Below, piece after piece: positions 37,741 to 51,842 of a DNA stretch of 64,000 bases. Location: the NCBI GenBank assembly GCA_951406725.2, contig OX597818.1, forward strand, positions 72,292,001-72,356,000, in the 5' to 3' direction. The position numbers were made by a program, and so were the translations under genes. The notes under the pieces were generated by a model that did not search any database, was not told the DNA's origin, and saw only the letters and a program-made list of their open reading frames with translations. How positions within the stretch are numbered: the first letter of the stretch is position 1; the number at the start of each line of letters is the position of its first letter. This DNA is from Octopus vulgaris (lineage: Eukaryota).

Positions 37741-38785
37741 ATTATTATTGTTGTTATCGTTGTTGTTGTTGTTGTTATTATTATTATTATTGTTATTATT
37801 ATTCTCATCATCATCATCATTATTCCTAAGAGGAAACACTCTTATTGTCATTAATTATTATTATACACGATTTTCATCTTATTAGGAACGACATTAAATG
37901 TATGAACACATGGATCTACAAACACAAATATATCATCATAACTAGACAAACATACCTCATATATATTTGTTAAAAGACATATAATCATGTATGACATTTG
38001 TAAATATTACATTGATATTCTATAGTAGAGACGGCGCGGCCAACCTTAACCACTGTCATCGTTATATGCTGCCGGCTACGACTTCACATAAACACTTCTA
38101 CATTTCAATAGGTCTACTTGATAATCATTTGAAGTTGTGTATTTAAAGAACTTTCCTCTCTCTGTTAATTAAGCCTTGAATCTTCTTTGAATCGTGGTAG
38201 CCGTCAACTTCAAGTCGTTCAAATTTTCTAGTTAATTCCAAGAACAAGGAATTATATATTGACATTAACTTTTAAGTTATTGCTATTGAAATTCCGTTAT
38301 ATCTCTTATACAGCAGTAGCACACTCACCGCCACCGCCGCCACCGCCACCACCACCACCACAACCACCACCACCACCACCACCACCACCACCACCACTGT
38401 CACTCTGCAGCTACTATCACCACTGTCGCTCCACTGCCACCTCTATCTCCGTCGACACCACTACCGCCACCGCCACCGTCGCCACCGTCATCGCCGCCAC
38501 CGCCGACACCATCGCCACTGCCACAGCCACCGCTGCTGCTGCTGCCGCCGCCACCTTCTTCTTCTTGTCAGTATCATCGTGACAAGAATAATGTTAAGAT
38601 AATGTTAATGCAGCGAATCGTTAGCACATGTGACGAAATGTTACGCAGGATTTCTTCCGGGTACTTTATGACTTCAAATTCCATCGTATGTATGCTAGTG
38701 AATGAAGAAACGAACGACAGCAGCACCCAACAAATATATCTCGTTGGAGATATATTAATTGACACATTTTGCTCTTCGTGTAACG

Positions 38786-38857
<72 letters not shown>

Positions 38858-41394
38858 CACATACGTACACACACACGCACACACACACACACACACACAC
38901 ATACATATGTAAAAGAGAATTTGTATGTGTGTGTATGTGTGTGTGCGTAGAGTCCTTAAGCATTCGGAAACTGAGTTGCCGGTGTTGACGTATGTGGTAT
39001 AAAAAATTCAGTAATATTTCGGGTACCAAATAAACTTTATTTTAATTCACATATTTTCTACGTTACCTAAACAACCAACTATATTTATTTGAAATACACT
39101 TCTCTGCAATGATCAGGTTTCATTAGAAAGGGAAAATAGTTTCACACTTTCAATTTAAACCAAAATTACAGTATTGCATTACGAGACTAACGATGTATGA
39201 CTAATGAAAGTAATGTTTCTACGAATTAGTCACAGCTGCACTGTAATAAAGAAAGCTGCTTATCATCTATCTACCAAATAAACTATATTTTTGGTACAAC
39301 CCCTTTTTACTACTAAAATAACCTCGGAAACGAGGTCGGGTCGCACAATTCTGCTGTCATTTCAGGCAATATTTCGATTTGTTTCTAATGTTTCACTTTC
39401 GTTCAATGTTTCACGTATGCCAAGAATTCTACTCAGACAAACATTTATGAAAATGTACCCATAAATATTGTATTAAAATAAGTCACAACCAAAATCATTT
39501 CATTAAAAGACATCCATTTCTCTAATATGTTATGAGGAAATACAGTCACCCACTCTCTCTCCCTCTCTCACATACATACGCACACGCAAACATGCATGCA
39601 AAAAAGATTTATGCATATGTATTTATGTACGTGCATATGAACGATAATGTGTGTTTGTGTGTGAGAGAGAGAGAGAATGTGTGTGTGTGCGCGCGTGTGT
39701 GAGGAGTGCCACTTACACATACGTACAAAAATACATACATAACAAAACATACCTTCACTCACTCTCTATCTCTCTCTCTCACACACACACACACATGTAT
39801 CCATTTCATATACTCGTACATACATCTTTCACTTTCTCCTCTCTTTCACTTCTGCTCTCACTTCAAAGCAAATGTCACCTTTTCACTTTCTCCCCTCTTT
39901 CAATTTCTTCTCTCTTCAAACCATAAAGAAATAATTTCTGTGTTTTTTGCAGGAATTAACGAACAATCATATGATCCCATATGATCGATCATATGATCAA
40001 GTTGACAACTTCGCTGCTTCAAACGATAGAATGCGAGAAAATAAATTCCTTTGACACACACACTCACTCTCTCTCTCTTCCTCACTGCCTTTCTCTAGGT
40101 AAAACTCTCTGTATAAATTATTTGCACACGCAAATTTACAGCTCAAATCCAATTAAAATGATCTTTTCCTATCCTGTAATTTGTGTTTGTGATGAGGATG
40201 TTTAAAAACCTGATCTTTGAGCAGGTTTTTAAATGCTTAAAAGGAAGTTTTCCCAGAAACCTGACTTTTACCTGCTGTTTCTGGTATGTACGAGGTGACA
40301 TTTTTGCTCCACATTATTTTCCTAAATTTCTTCCGATTCCTGTTTTCGATACTGGAGATTAGGATTTCGCCAACAAAGCCCGTTCTCAATATTTTAATTT
40401 TCTCCCTCTACACCCCAATTAATTTTTTTTACTGTTTTCCAAGTTATTTTCTTGGTAATTCACAGGGAAAAATAAACAGAAAGTGGGAATATTTAAGATT
40501 TCCTTCTTCCTTTTTTCTTAAAGCTACTCTAAAATTTCCTTCCCAAACATCCACCCATCACCACACCACTTTCAAAAAGCCACACACTCTCAATTTTTCC
40601 CATTTAGCTTTTTGGAAATCGGGAAAGTTTCTTCACAAATAAAATCGGTTACCTCTTGTTTCTAGTATGTCAGGTTTTTTGGTAGTGTTCTGGTATTTTT
40701 TACGTCTGCTATTTCAGTACAATTCTACGCATGTGTGAAGCAGCAGACGAAAGTGAAACATTGGGAGGCTCAAGCTTTTTGAAAGAGGATTAAGTGGTGG
40801 GTGAAGGAGCACTGAGTGTTTTTTTGAAGAAAAATTAAACTTTAAAAAGGATATATTTCCAAGATTCTAATTTCTGTTTTGTTTCTACGTAGCTAAAAAA
40901 AAAATTCTAAAAAGTTACAAATTAAGAAATTGACGTTTGAAAACGTTATTTTTGATCAAAATCGTATTAACCCCCTTTTATACGATTAAACAATACTTAG
41001 TTTGTGATCCTTCTTAAGAGCAGAAAGCACTTTCATGCAAACACATGCAAATTGCACCCCCCTTCACTTTTAAACAAACAACTTCCATTACGCTAGTACT
41101 TCAGTTCACTATATATTAGCTGTGCCCATACGAAAAGAACACATAATACAATATGGCTGTAAGTCATAACGTCCGGGCAAAGCCGAGATGCATTGTTATT
41201 GTGTGTGTGTGTGTATGTGTGTATGTGAGTGTGTGCGTGTGTGTGAGCGCGCGCGTGAGTGTGCAAGTGTAGCAGTCTGTATATTAAAGTAGACATCTTG
41301 TTGAAAGCCTAATAACTTACCGTATTCATGCCATTTGGAAATACCAGCACCACTACTACATGGTTTTCCTTTGCTGATGATATATTCACCTTTT

Positions 41395-41810
41395 TTATCA
41401 AGCTTTCAACAATATATCTTTTTTAGAATAAAATACAGATGGCTATTTTGAACTAACACTGCTTACGTCGTTAGTGACAAAGTTTTATTTAGCCTGCCAG
41501 CAAAATACAGCATCAGTGACATAGAACCATTGCTTAATTATATTTCTTAAGGGCCGGTTTTCGCTTAGCATGTTATGCCAGTGGTTACTTATTACTGACG
41601 AAACCCAAAGAGCAAAAAATGTGTATTTAGTAATGTCACCGCCGCTGCTGTGCGAATTTTGTCTGCTGCTGAAATATTTCAATGTTTTTTTTTTAACTCT
41701 ATACATCTATAAGAGACGCCTTCACAAGATAAATACGCTGTTTAGCAGGCTATCAACAATATATCTACTTTAAGTATGATATACAGATTGCCATTTTGAA
41801 CTAATAGTAT
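41395..41810 (+). repeat. Old partial-tandem element (~347-nt unit) with decayed HHR-like core
   Basis: Direct repeat CAACAATATATCT..TACAGAT..ATTTTGAACTAA at 41407 and 41754. Central CTGACGA..AAAA AATGTGTATT TA; flanking arms ACAGCATCAGTGACAT and ATGTCAC..TGCTGT. Confidence 0.5.
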
Positions 41811-41837
41811 GATATTAATATTGCTATCTTGATGTAA

Positions 41838-41907
<70 letters not shown>

Positions 41908-42842
41908 CTCACACAGTCACATGCTGTCATATTTCGAGGGCTATGTAATTAATCATATCTGATCTAGTACATAATTTCAATGTTATTCTCTCGTCTTCAT
42001 GCAAATTAAAGACAACGCTGATCCCGCTTCGACAGGATTTACACTCAAAACGTAAATGACCGGAACTAAACACCACCACAAGCCATTGTGCCGAACGCTG
42101 TACTTATTCTTAGTCCGTGACATGCAACCATAGCAATATACGTAGACAGACAGATATATTATATAATGTGTAAATTGATATCTGGGTGAAAATTTAGTTT
42201 CAATTAAAGTTAATTGTTCGCAGTATGTACTTATTGCCTTCAATAAAAGCAACTCATTCAATTGGCTAGTTTCCAAATTCCTTTAACCAATACAAATTCG
42301 TATTTGGCATTGATACTAACGGTAAGATTTCTGGAAACAAGCTTGGGTAGGTTTATGAGAGATTTTCGTTTCGGTCCGTCAGTGGTAAGTTATATTGGCA
42401 ACAGCAATTCCAGTAAGTGGAAAGGACAGGCTAACAAACACAATTTCGCTATTTTCATTAAGGATTTCTATATGGTTACTAAAAAGTAGTAGCCATATAT
42501 CCTCCAAATCATACGCTAACGTCTCAAGAAAGAAAGACACACTGGGTTGCCTTATCTTAGGTATACGCATATAAAAGCGATATTATTGCCAAGGCTGCTT
42601 TACTTTACATCATAAGGTCGGCTGTATCCAGAATTACTCGAAGCTAAAAAAACAACAAAAACAACCGCATCATCATCATCATCATCCTTAGCATCAACAA
42701 TAATAAAATAAAATCAACAAAATTCTACTCAAAATTAACCAAAATTATATTTCATATGGTTGTCGAAATGCTAAAATAAGCAACCAAATGTTTCTTAAAT
42801 CACACCCTACAACCTTAAGCCAGGTGATGTTAGATAATCTAC

Positions 42843-42885
42843 AAGGCGACGAGCTGGCAGAAACGTTAGCACGACGGGCGAAATG
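42843..42885 (+). mobile_element. 5' head of SINE family C flanked by a 17-bp direct repeat
   Basis: GATGTTAGATAATCTAC at 42826-42842 and 42886-42902. The insert resembles the reverse complement of 46150-46193. Confidence 0.75.
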
Positions 42886-43129
42886 GATGTTAGATAATCT
42901 ACTACCGATTAATCTCAAACATACAGGAATGTCACGGCTGGAAAGCCGTTAGGTCTGCTCGGAACTGTTCGATCAATGAAAGTGATCAGTAAAACCAACC
43001 TACTCAAAATGAACCATTCTGACAAAAATAATGATAAAATCATTTTCCATCAAATCATTTCAGTTTAAAATAGGGCAGGGCACTTTTGAGATACATTAGG
43101 CCTGTGACAATCAACAGTGTGGTCGTGGC

Positions 43130-43420
43130 TGGAATGATTTACTTGGTATGAGCAGTGTTTCTTTGTTGCTGTTGAAAGAGACAAGACTAACATATCCATA
43201 CTGGAAGCTGTTTTCGAAATCTCTATTCATGCTATCCGTGAGGATTTGGCGCGTGAGGACTATGTTGTTTATGAAAGATTGGGGAAGGTTAAGTAGAATG
43301 AAAGTTTACATCATCTGCCATAATGTTAGTGTTATTGGATATGGTGGTGGGTGGCTAGTTTATTGATGTTCAGAAGAATTTGATTGTGTGAGGAACAGAC
43401 AGGCTTGGTCATTCGATATT
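43130..43420 (-). mobile_element. Old LINE RT-core remnant
   Basis: Minus strand gives SVP..ILLNINKL..TISNNTNIMADDVNFH (motif B/C-like). Very degenerate. Confidence 0.45.
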
Positions 43421-44225
43421 GAGAACTTATTGGAAGCTACACATCCAAAAGCTAAGAAACGTGTAGAGCTGATAAGTGGACAATTTTGTTAAGAAATTAC
43501 ATACGAGATGCAACTGAAACATTGTTTGTGATGAGCGTGCATAAGTGGGGGATATAAAGCAGTAGGTGACCTGTGTACAGTATCTGGCTTCACATATACT
43601 GTACTGATGCCCGTTAAATAGATAAATAGATAAATAGAGAGAGAGAGAGAGTTATTGAAGAATATTGATGTTAATTGCTGTCTACATTAATTTAGACATA
43701 TTGGAAGAAAATATGAAGTAATAGATAAAAATCTGTGGAAAAGGGTTTCTGGAGTGTATTCATATGGCTAAGTAAATCCCTACCGGAGGCCTGGAGTGAA
43801 TATTTGTAATATAACGAGTTCTGCTAAAAACACTCAAGCGCCAGATGGTAGTACTGAACCGGGTAGTTCCTAGTAAAAGGGTTGAGCCTCCTACCCCGTT
43901 TAAACTGGAGCTACATTATATTAGTGTCTCAGAATTTACAACCATAAGTGTTCAGTTGTTCGATGAACTGCAGTATCATTATCACGGAGTTAACGCATAA
44001 GTAATCTAAGTAATCTTGTCGGCATGACAAGGGGTGTAGACAAAGTAAAAATGTTTAAATAACAGTACAATCTACACCCGATCTACTTCTACATAGTTTC
44101 TGTCCACCTAATTTCACTCAAAAAATAGGAGTCAACCCGCAGTTAGAGGAAATATTTGCTTAAGATGCCACGCAACGCAATCGAAACCAAGACCTCATCC
44201 TTACTGCACATATGTATTCACAAGT

Positions 44226-44261
<36 letters not shown>

Positions 44262-44859
44262 ACACACAGACACACACAGACACATCAATGTATGTGTGTA
44301 TTTATACATATATGTGTGTGTGTGTATTAAAAATCATTATAAATGCATAAACGGAAAACGGACAGAGCTAAGGTCCCCAAATCCTTATCAGTTATTGGCC
44401 AGAGTGTCAAGCACAATTACGCGCCTTACGCTAATATTAGTTCTCTTCTAGCAGCGCCGGCAACAAAAAGCCGGAGACCAAGCATAACAGAACGTGAACG
44501 AACAAACAAGAAAAGAATAAACATGCAATACAGAAGTGGATATACAAATATGAATAAATGTGATTTATGACGAGACCGTTAGAGGACGAAAGAAAGACAA
44601 AGACGAAAACAAGACGAAATAAATAGAATACAGCCTTAGGGTCAGACGGGAGACGAACTTATGGATAACGCTAAGAGGAAAATCCTAAAAGGGTCAGAAG
44701 CAAAAGGACAATAGACAGCAAAATAATTTGAAATGAGAAACTAGAGAAAATATGACCAGTTGCTTTAGCAGTCAGCGTGAAAAGAAAAGGAGAGAGAAAA
44801 AAGATAAATACGGGTCAAGTGTCAGTAGTAGGAGGGTGAAAAGTGGTAGAGGGCAGAAG

Positions 44860-45160
44860 GAGAGATAGAGAGAGAGACACACACACACACACCACACACA
44901 CAAGGCACAGAGAGAGAGAGACACACACACACACACCACACACACAAGGCACAGAGAGAGAGAGACACACACACACACACCACACACACAAGGCACAGAG
45001 AGAGAGAGAGAGACACACACACACACACACACACACAAGGCACAGAGAGAGAGAGGGAGAGAGAGAGACACACAAACACACACAAGGCACAGAGAGAGAG
45101 ACACACACACACACACACACACACAAGGCACAACAAGAGAGAGAGAGAGAGAAATGCACA
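44860..45160. repeat. Minisatellite of ~44-bp units built from (CA)n-AAGGCAC-(AG)n
   Basis: Six CAAGGCAC anchors at ~44901, 44945, 44989, 45035, 45083 and 45124. Confidence 0.85.
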
Positions 45161-45974
45161 GAGGGCAGAGAAGGCAACAAACAGAAGCAGATAGCAGCAT
45201 AGATGTGCAGAGATGGAAGAGGAGAAAGAAAGCGAGGAAGCGAGGGAAAAAGCGAGCGAGTGAGGGAGAGAGAGAGAGAGAGAGGGAGAGACAGAGAGAG
45301 AGAAATGGAGAGGAGGGATAGAAATAGACATGTATATATGCGTGTGTGTGTGCGTGCGCGTGCGTATTATTTATATCTGTATGTCTATACATATGCGTTT
45401 ATATCGAGGTGTTCTGTATTCACATGAATCCAGTTTTCCAAGTTGTGTCTTTATAAAAAATGGTAACTTAGTCATTCACTAAACATATATCGATTAAAAT
45501 GTAACCACACTGAAATTAGTATTAGAGTCGATATGATTTAATTAAAGAATAGTGAAGTCGACTCCTTTAAGGACAAACCCTTAATGAATTAAACAATATA
45601 ACATATACTAACGTATTGCTGTTGTATATCATTTGTATAGCACGTTTGTATATCACATTGCTATATCATAAATATAGCATATGTCATATGCTTACAATAT
45701 GGTCGTATATTTTCATTTTTGATGTTTTATCTTTTACTTCTTTCTGTCAATGAGCTGCGGCCATGATGGGACACCCTCTTGAAGGGTTTAATGGACAAAA
45801 ATCGACTCCAGTTCACATACGAGATTGGTCAGATGCTAATAGAAAAGAATGGAAGATACTGCACTTTGGGCTGGAAACAGAAATCTCAAGTATGGTATGT
45901 AAACGTCTCAAATTTTCCTCTGCTCCATATTAGAACGACCTCCTCACCAAAAAAACAACAACAAAAGCACATCC

Positions 45975-46193
45975 CCCGCAAAACATGTATTAGCTTCAAA
46001 TGTTGGTACAAGGTCAGAGATTATTGGGGAAGGAGGAGGAGTTCGTCGAGTCCATCGTCGCCCATTACTGAACTGCTACTTCATTGTTCCCGAAAGAGAT
46101 CAAAGCGGAATTTTAACTCAGAACGTAAAGACGGGCGAAATTCTTCTAAGCATTTTGCTAAGCATGCTAACGATTCAGCCACCTCGCCGCCTT
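45975..46193 (-). mobile_element. SINE family C, diverged
   Basis: Minus strand starts AGGCGGCGAGGTGGCTGAATCGTTAGCATGC.. (tRNA-like head) and continues to GTTCTGAGTTAAAATTCCGC (B-box-like). Confidence 0.6.
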
Positions 46194-46224
46194 TCTCCCG
46201 CAAATTATATATTATCATCTAAAA

Positions 46225-46460
46225 TAGTGGTTCTCAACCACTTTTTACTTATGGACCCCTCTGATTCCTATTTTACTCGGATAGCCATTAAATGTTTAAA
46301 AAAATCCACTTATTTTTTAATAATTAAATATTACTGGTAATTATATAAACAAAATGTTAGACTATTTTATGTATTGTAGAAGTATAAGCAATGTATTGCC
46401 CATACATTTTAACAACAAAACCTTACATGAACTTTCAAGGACCCCGGTTGAGAACCACTG
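46225..46460. mobile_element. hAT (Charlie-like) MITE
   Basis: TIRs TAGTGGTTCTCAACC / GGTTGAGAACCACTG (one terminal mismatch); 8-bp TSD ATCTAAAA (46217-24) / ATCTAAAG (46461-68). Confidence 0.88.
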
Positions 46461-47811
46461 ATCTAAAGTAAAGCTCCTTGATTACCCTATGTCTGATAAC
46501 AAACACAATATGGTCAAATAGTTAAGAAGTTCGCTTCGCAATTACCAGATCTCAATTTGGATTTCGCCGCGTTTCACGTCTGGTGCAAATGTTATTTTTT
46601 TTAGACTTGCGCGAACTTATACTTTGTGACTGAAATTGGGTAGACAGAAACTGTATCGAAGCCCTTCGAGTTGGGAGTAAATTTCAAAGTCTCCAGCCTT
46701 GTCTCACCGCCTCACACTGATTCGTCCTAATAATTATATCAAAAATACACATGGCTGAAGGATACTTAGCCACTTGAAAGCTAATTAAACGATCCTGGTG
46801 TTTTAGTTGACCGAACAACCGAAAACTCATGATCGGTGATTCTGAGCGACATTCATTTTATTTATACCCGAAAATAAAAAGACGAGATGACCACGGATGG
46901 AAGACCTTTGCTCATGGGTCTCCTAGATCCAGCAAAGAAACGTTATACCATTTTAGAGGATATCAGCCATTCGTTATGAGAATGTGTTTTTAATTCTTTT
47001 AGTGCAACGATATCATCGCTAATATTTCAGCCTCATGCTTTTGATACTCGGGTGTGTGTTCACATGTTTAAGACAACACATGACAAATAAACACAGTATC
47101 AATATATTGACACAATTTATGTACCAAAACATTGTATTTCGTTGAAAGTGCAAAAACTAATAATTACATACGAAGTCGAACTTGCATGTCTAGAAGCGAT
47201 AACTTACCCAAACGAAAAATTTCATAACACACAGCCAGACAAACACATTAACATACGAACATATACAAATATACACAGAAATAAATCGAACATTGTTTGA
47301 TATGACGCTGTTGTCTCTTAATTGATATCGTTGCTCTCGGTTTAAAAAAGTAAATATTTGCATTAGATGTGTTAATGTTTTTGTAGTTGTTTTATTTTAA
47401 TTTTACTACGTCACATAATGTCGATGTAAATATTCCATGTTGTGGAGTTACTAGCTTTGCGCTGTAGAAATCAATGGCTTTGTTGAAAATTAATATAAAA
47501 ATATTTCCAGAATGTTATTCTAAATCTGTCTGTCAATGTGTCTATCAGGCTATTTATTTATCTGCCCGTCTGTCTGTCTGTCTGTCACGCTATCTATCCA
47601 TCTATCAATCTGACTATATTTGTCTGTCTGACTGCCTATTTCTCTCTCCCTCTGTCATACACACATGAATACATGCATCAAAATACACACGCGCGCACAC
47701 ATACACACATGTGTGAATGTCAGTGTGTGTTTCTGTGTTTATGGATGTATGTGTAAGTATAGATGCGCACACACACATATATGTATGTTTATATATATAT
47801 ATACATACAAA

Positions 47812-47924
<113 letters not shown>

Positions 47925-47925
47925 G

Positions 47926-48000
<75 letters not shown>

Positions 48001-48360
48001 GAATGTTAATTACTAATATAGAAATACACGAACATTTATGATACATGGCTGCGACCGTATATTTTTTCTTTTACGCACGTTTTCGGTGGTATGCATTCGT
48101 ATGCAAGTGAGTCTGCATATCTTTGTATATATATTTTTTGCGTGATTGTGAGGGCTTTGATATCAGTATACATATGTAGCATAACGGATATTGAAAGTAA
48201 GAATCATGGAATGGTTATGTTAGACGACGGCATCTTTCCCGGAGCTACCTTAAGTCTGCAAGAAAAAGAGTAAAGTTAAGTTTTTCTAATGTTTATTTCG
48301 GGGTTTCACAGTTCAAATCACTTAACTATTGATATTTACTGTTGATAAAATGTATATGCG

Positions 48361-48391
<31 letters not shown>

Positions 48392-48393
48392 TG

Positions 48394-48424
<31 letters not shown>

Positions 48425-48694
48425 GTATGTATGTATGTATCTCTCTCTCTCTCTTTCTCGTTATATATATATATATGTGTGTGTGTACACATATAGGTAT
48501 AATGAATATGTAGGTATATACAGACATATATACGCATATATATATGCAAACTTACATATATGTTCAAAAATTGTGGCGCATACTGACGCTCATATATGTA
48601 CATATACTTACGTATTTTTATGTGTATGCACACTTATATAAGTACATAAATACATGCAAACATATTATATGTGTGTGTGTATGTGTGTGTATAC

Positions 48695-48755
<61 letters not shown>

Positions 48756-49006
48756 CCTGTGTCTGTATGTAGTTTACGTTGGTGTGTAAATATGTATGCA
48801 ACTGTGTGCTTGTGTGTGTCTTAATGCAATATACACACGCACACACACACGCTCACCCACACATACGCGCGCGCGCACACAACACACACACACTCACACA
48901 CACCTAATACAGAAACACCTCAACTATTTATAAAAAGTTACAATTCACTGTCATAGGTTCCAGATATACATGTTTATGGTATGATAGACGGCTTATTTTG
49001 TAACGC

Positions 49007-49070
<64 letters not shown>

Positions 49071-49675
49071 GTTATTATTGTTATTATTATTATTATTATG
49101 AATATTTTAAAATTTTATAACGTTGGAAACATTTTTGATTATTTATTGGTTTCGTTTACCAGATGTAGACGGAGTTTGACTAGAATATTCTTGCTAAACT
49201 TAAATGGAATTGACATAAAGTATTTGCAGCAAATAAGAAAAAACAAGCAGGAGAAAAAGATGAAAACATTTTTTTCGTTAAAATATTCAACACAACCTTC
49301 GATACTACGATAAAACGATATATTATGTGGTTAAGATATTGTTGGCGCAAGGAAAAATCTTCACATTTAGAGGTATCTTGACCGAATTTATGTACCCACG
49401 GATAATCTGAATCGGCCAATTTCTTAGATGGAACGATGACCAGGATTATCAATTAGAGAATATGTTATATACTTTTCCTTTTCTTTCATAGAACTTGCTC
49501 TCTTGTGTTCAGGATTCCAGCTCTTATATGTTGTTGTCATCGAAAACCTTTTGTCAAACATTGCCAAACACACGCGTGCGCGCACACACACATGTACACA
49601 GACACACACACATATATATCTGCGCGCGTGTGTGTGTGTGAAGATTCCGAGACTCAACTATGTTTATATATAACT

Positions 49676-49719
<44 letters not shown>

Positions 49720-50352
49720 GCACAGATAACTATGTGTGTGTGTGTGTATAAATATATATACATAATTGAATCTCGGGATCTTCGACTTTTTCAGTCTCAA
49801 AGAGAGTTTTAACCCAATATATTCGTATGCCATTCATTATAGCTCTGTGCGTTGCGCTTCCAGATATACTATTCCAAAACAGGATTAATATTAAAAAATG
49901 GATAATACTGTCGTTTCAGACAAGAAATATGTATATATTGCGGTGGTAGTGAGCTCCGACTTTCTAGCAAGAGAATTCTGTTGGTCGATTTAATGAACTA
50001 ACCACCTCTGAATTACCTGAATTAACATATAAGAGACGTACAACTTTAACTGAAGTCTGAAGCAGAATCGGCGTTGCACAGTACGTGTAACAAGGCGGTA
50101 GTTTATGAATTGACTGTACAATGCTCTGTACAGGCTTCTGTACAGTCTCCGACTATCCAGTTACACTCACAATGTATGAGTCGACCCAGGGCTATAGCAT
50201 GTAACAATTTTCAATATTGTTGACTGTGAGATCGAACTCGGAACGTCGTATTTGCAATACTACTTTGTTAACCGCTCACATTCGCTGCGCCTACTACACA
50301 TGTAGTTGTGTGTGTTTAGGTACGTATACAAATACACACACACACACGCACG

Positions 50353-50394
<42 letters not shown>

Positions 50395-50402
<8 letters not shown>

Positions 50403-51027
50403 TAAAATAACGATTTTATCAAGTGGCCTAATTTATAATCTTAATAATTATTACTTTTGAAGGTTATTTTTTCCATGCATGCCACTTGATTAAATCGTTA
50501 TTTTATTTTAAATTAGCGATCTTATCCTTATTTATATAAATTCAAATTTATTTCGTCACTGTATTTACTGCGGTGATATTTTAACCATATCTCACATGGA
50601 ATTAAACGACGGCCATTTTGAACTGGTCATGATACATACGTGCATATATATGTATGTATACGTTAGTATATGTAAGTATTCATATGGTGTATTTATATAT
50701 ATATATATATATTTATGTTTCTCTTCTGTGTGTATTTTACTGACGAGGCAAAGCATTCCTAAATACAAACTAAGAAATCCGAGATCTAGAATTATCCAGT
50801 AATTCTTTACTAGTTTCATCTTGTCGCTTTGTTTTCTCTCCGTGTTGCGATATGGAAAATTAAGGTGGTTTTAGAGTCAGATCATGGCTGCTATTTTCAG
50901 CATGGTGGTATCTCGTAGATACCTTAATTTATAATTTTAATAATTATTACCTTTGAAGGATATTTTTTCCATGCTGGCCACTTGATAAAATCGTTATTTT
51001 GTTTTAAATTAACAATCTTATCCTTAT
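50395..51027 (+). mobile_element. Retrozyme-like element (~496-nt unit, ~105-bp direct repeat, internal HHR, short inverted 5' segment)
   Basis: Direct repeats at ~50427-50530 and ~50922-51027. ~50397-50428 is the reverse complement of ~50976-51007. Both ends lie in (TA)n. Confidence 0.7.
50735..50791 (+). ncRNA. Type-I HHR motif (helix II decayed)
   Basis: TTTTA | CTGACGA | ...27 nt... | GAAA | TCCGAGA | TC | TAGAA. Confidence 0.55.
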
Positions 51028-51459
51028 ATATATATATATATATATATACTTTACAAATAATAAAATGGAGAAACATATTAGTTGGTTTATCAGCTTTAGG
51101 ATATTAGAATGTTGACTTATTTATTTATCAAAACGACAACCATAATAACATACATATATACTGTATAAATTCCAATGCTATATATATATATATACAGTTA
51201 ATTAATAAAACATATATCAGAAAGGAAGCGCCACCGAAATGTCGTGTGGTTTGCTCCACCCTTCTCGCTCGACGTCAAAACATGTGTGGGAAGTATTTTC
51301 CTTAGTTTAATAGACACACATTTCACACACACACACAATGACACAGACATTTATATATAAGATTCGTAAATCGATTATGGTTGTTCATCATATTTTTCGG
51401 TTTGGGAGATATGGTATAATTATAAGCCTTGTTTATAATTATACCATATATACCATATG

Positions 51460-51561
<102 letters not shown>

Positions 51562-51788
51562 GGCTTTAGTATGTGGGTGTAGTTCATAGGTGATCTAATC
51601 GATTAGGCACGCTAGGTAAGTACTGTAGCAGATGTCTACGGCTCCATGGTTATATCCGAGACGGTAGTTAAGGAGCCATTGCAGATTTCCGATGCAGCGG
51701 ATATATAATTTTTAAACAGGATGTAAACATTAAGGCATGGGGAACATCTCAAATTGTATACAATATTATTATAGGAAAAAATTCAAAA

Positions 51789-51842
51789 TCTTACGGCTGT
51801 TTCTGGGGTATCCACGAGTATGGGATATTCCGTCGTCAGAGA
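51789..51842 (-). ncRNA. Type-I HHR
   Basis: Minus strand: TCT | CTGACGA | ..TATCC-catactcgt-GGATA.. | GAAA | CAGCCG | TA | AGA. Confidence 0.7.

Noticed and set aside
40703-40749. Hairpin as a pre-miRNA
   Set aside because: The stem is only ~17 bp with a weak basal extension and no recognised mature sequence; kept only as part of a low-interest finding.
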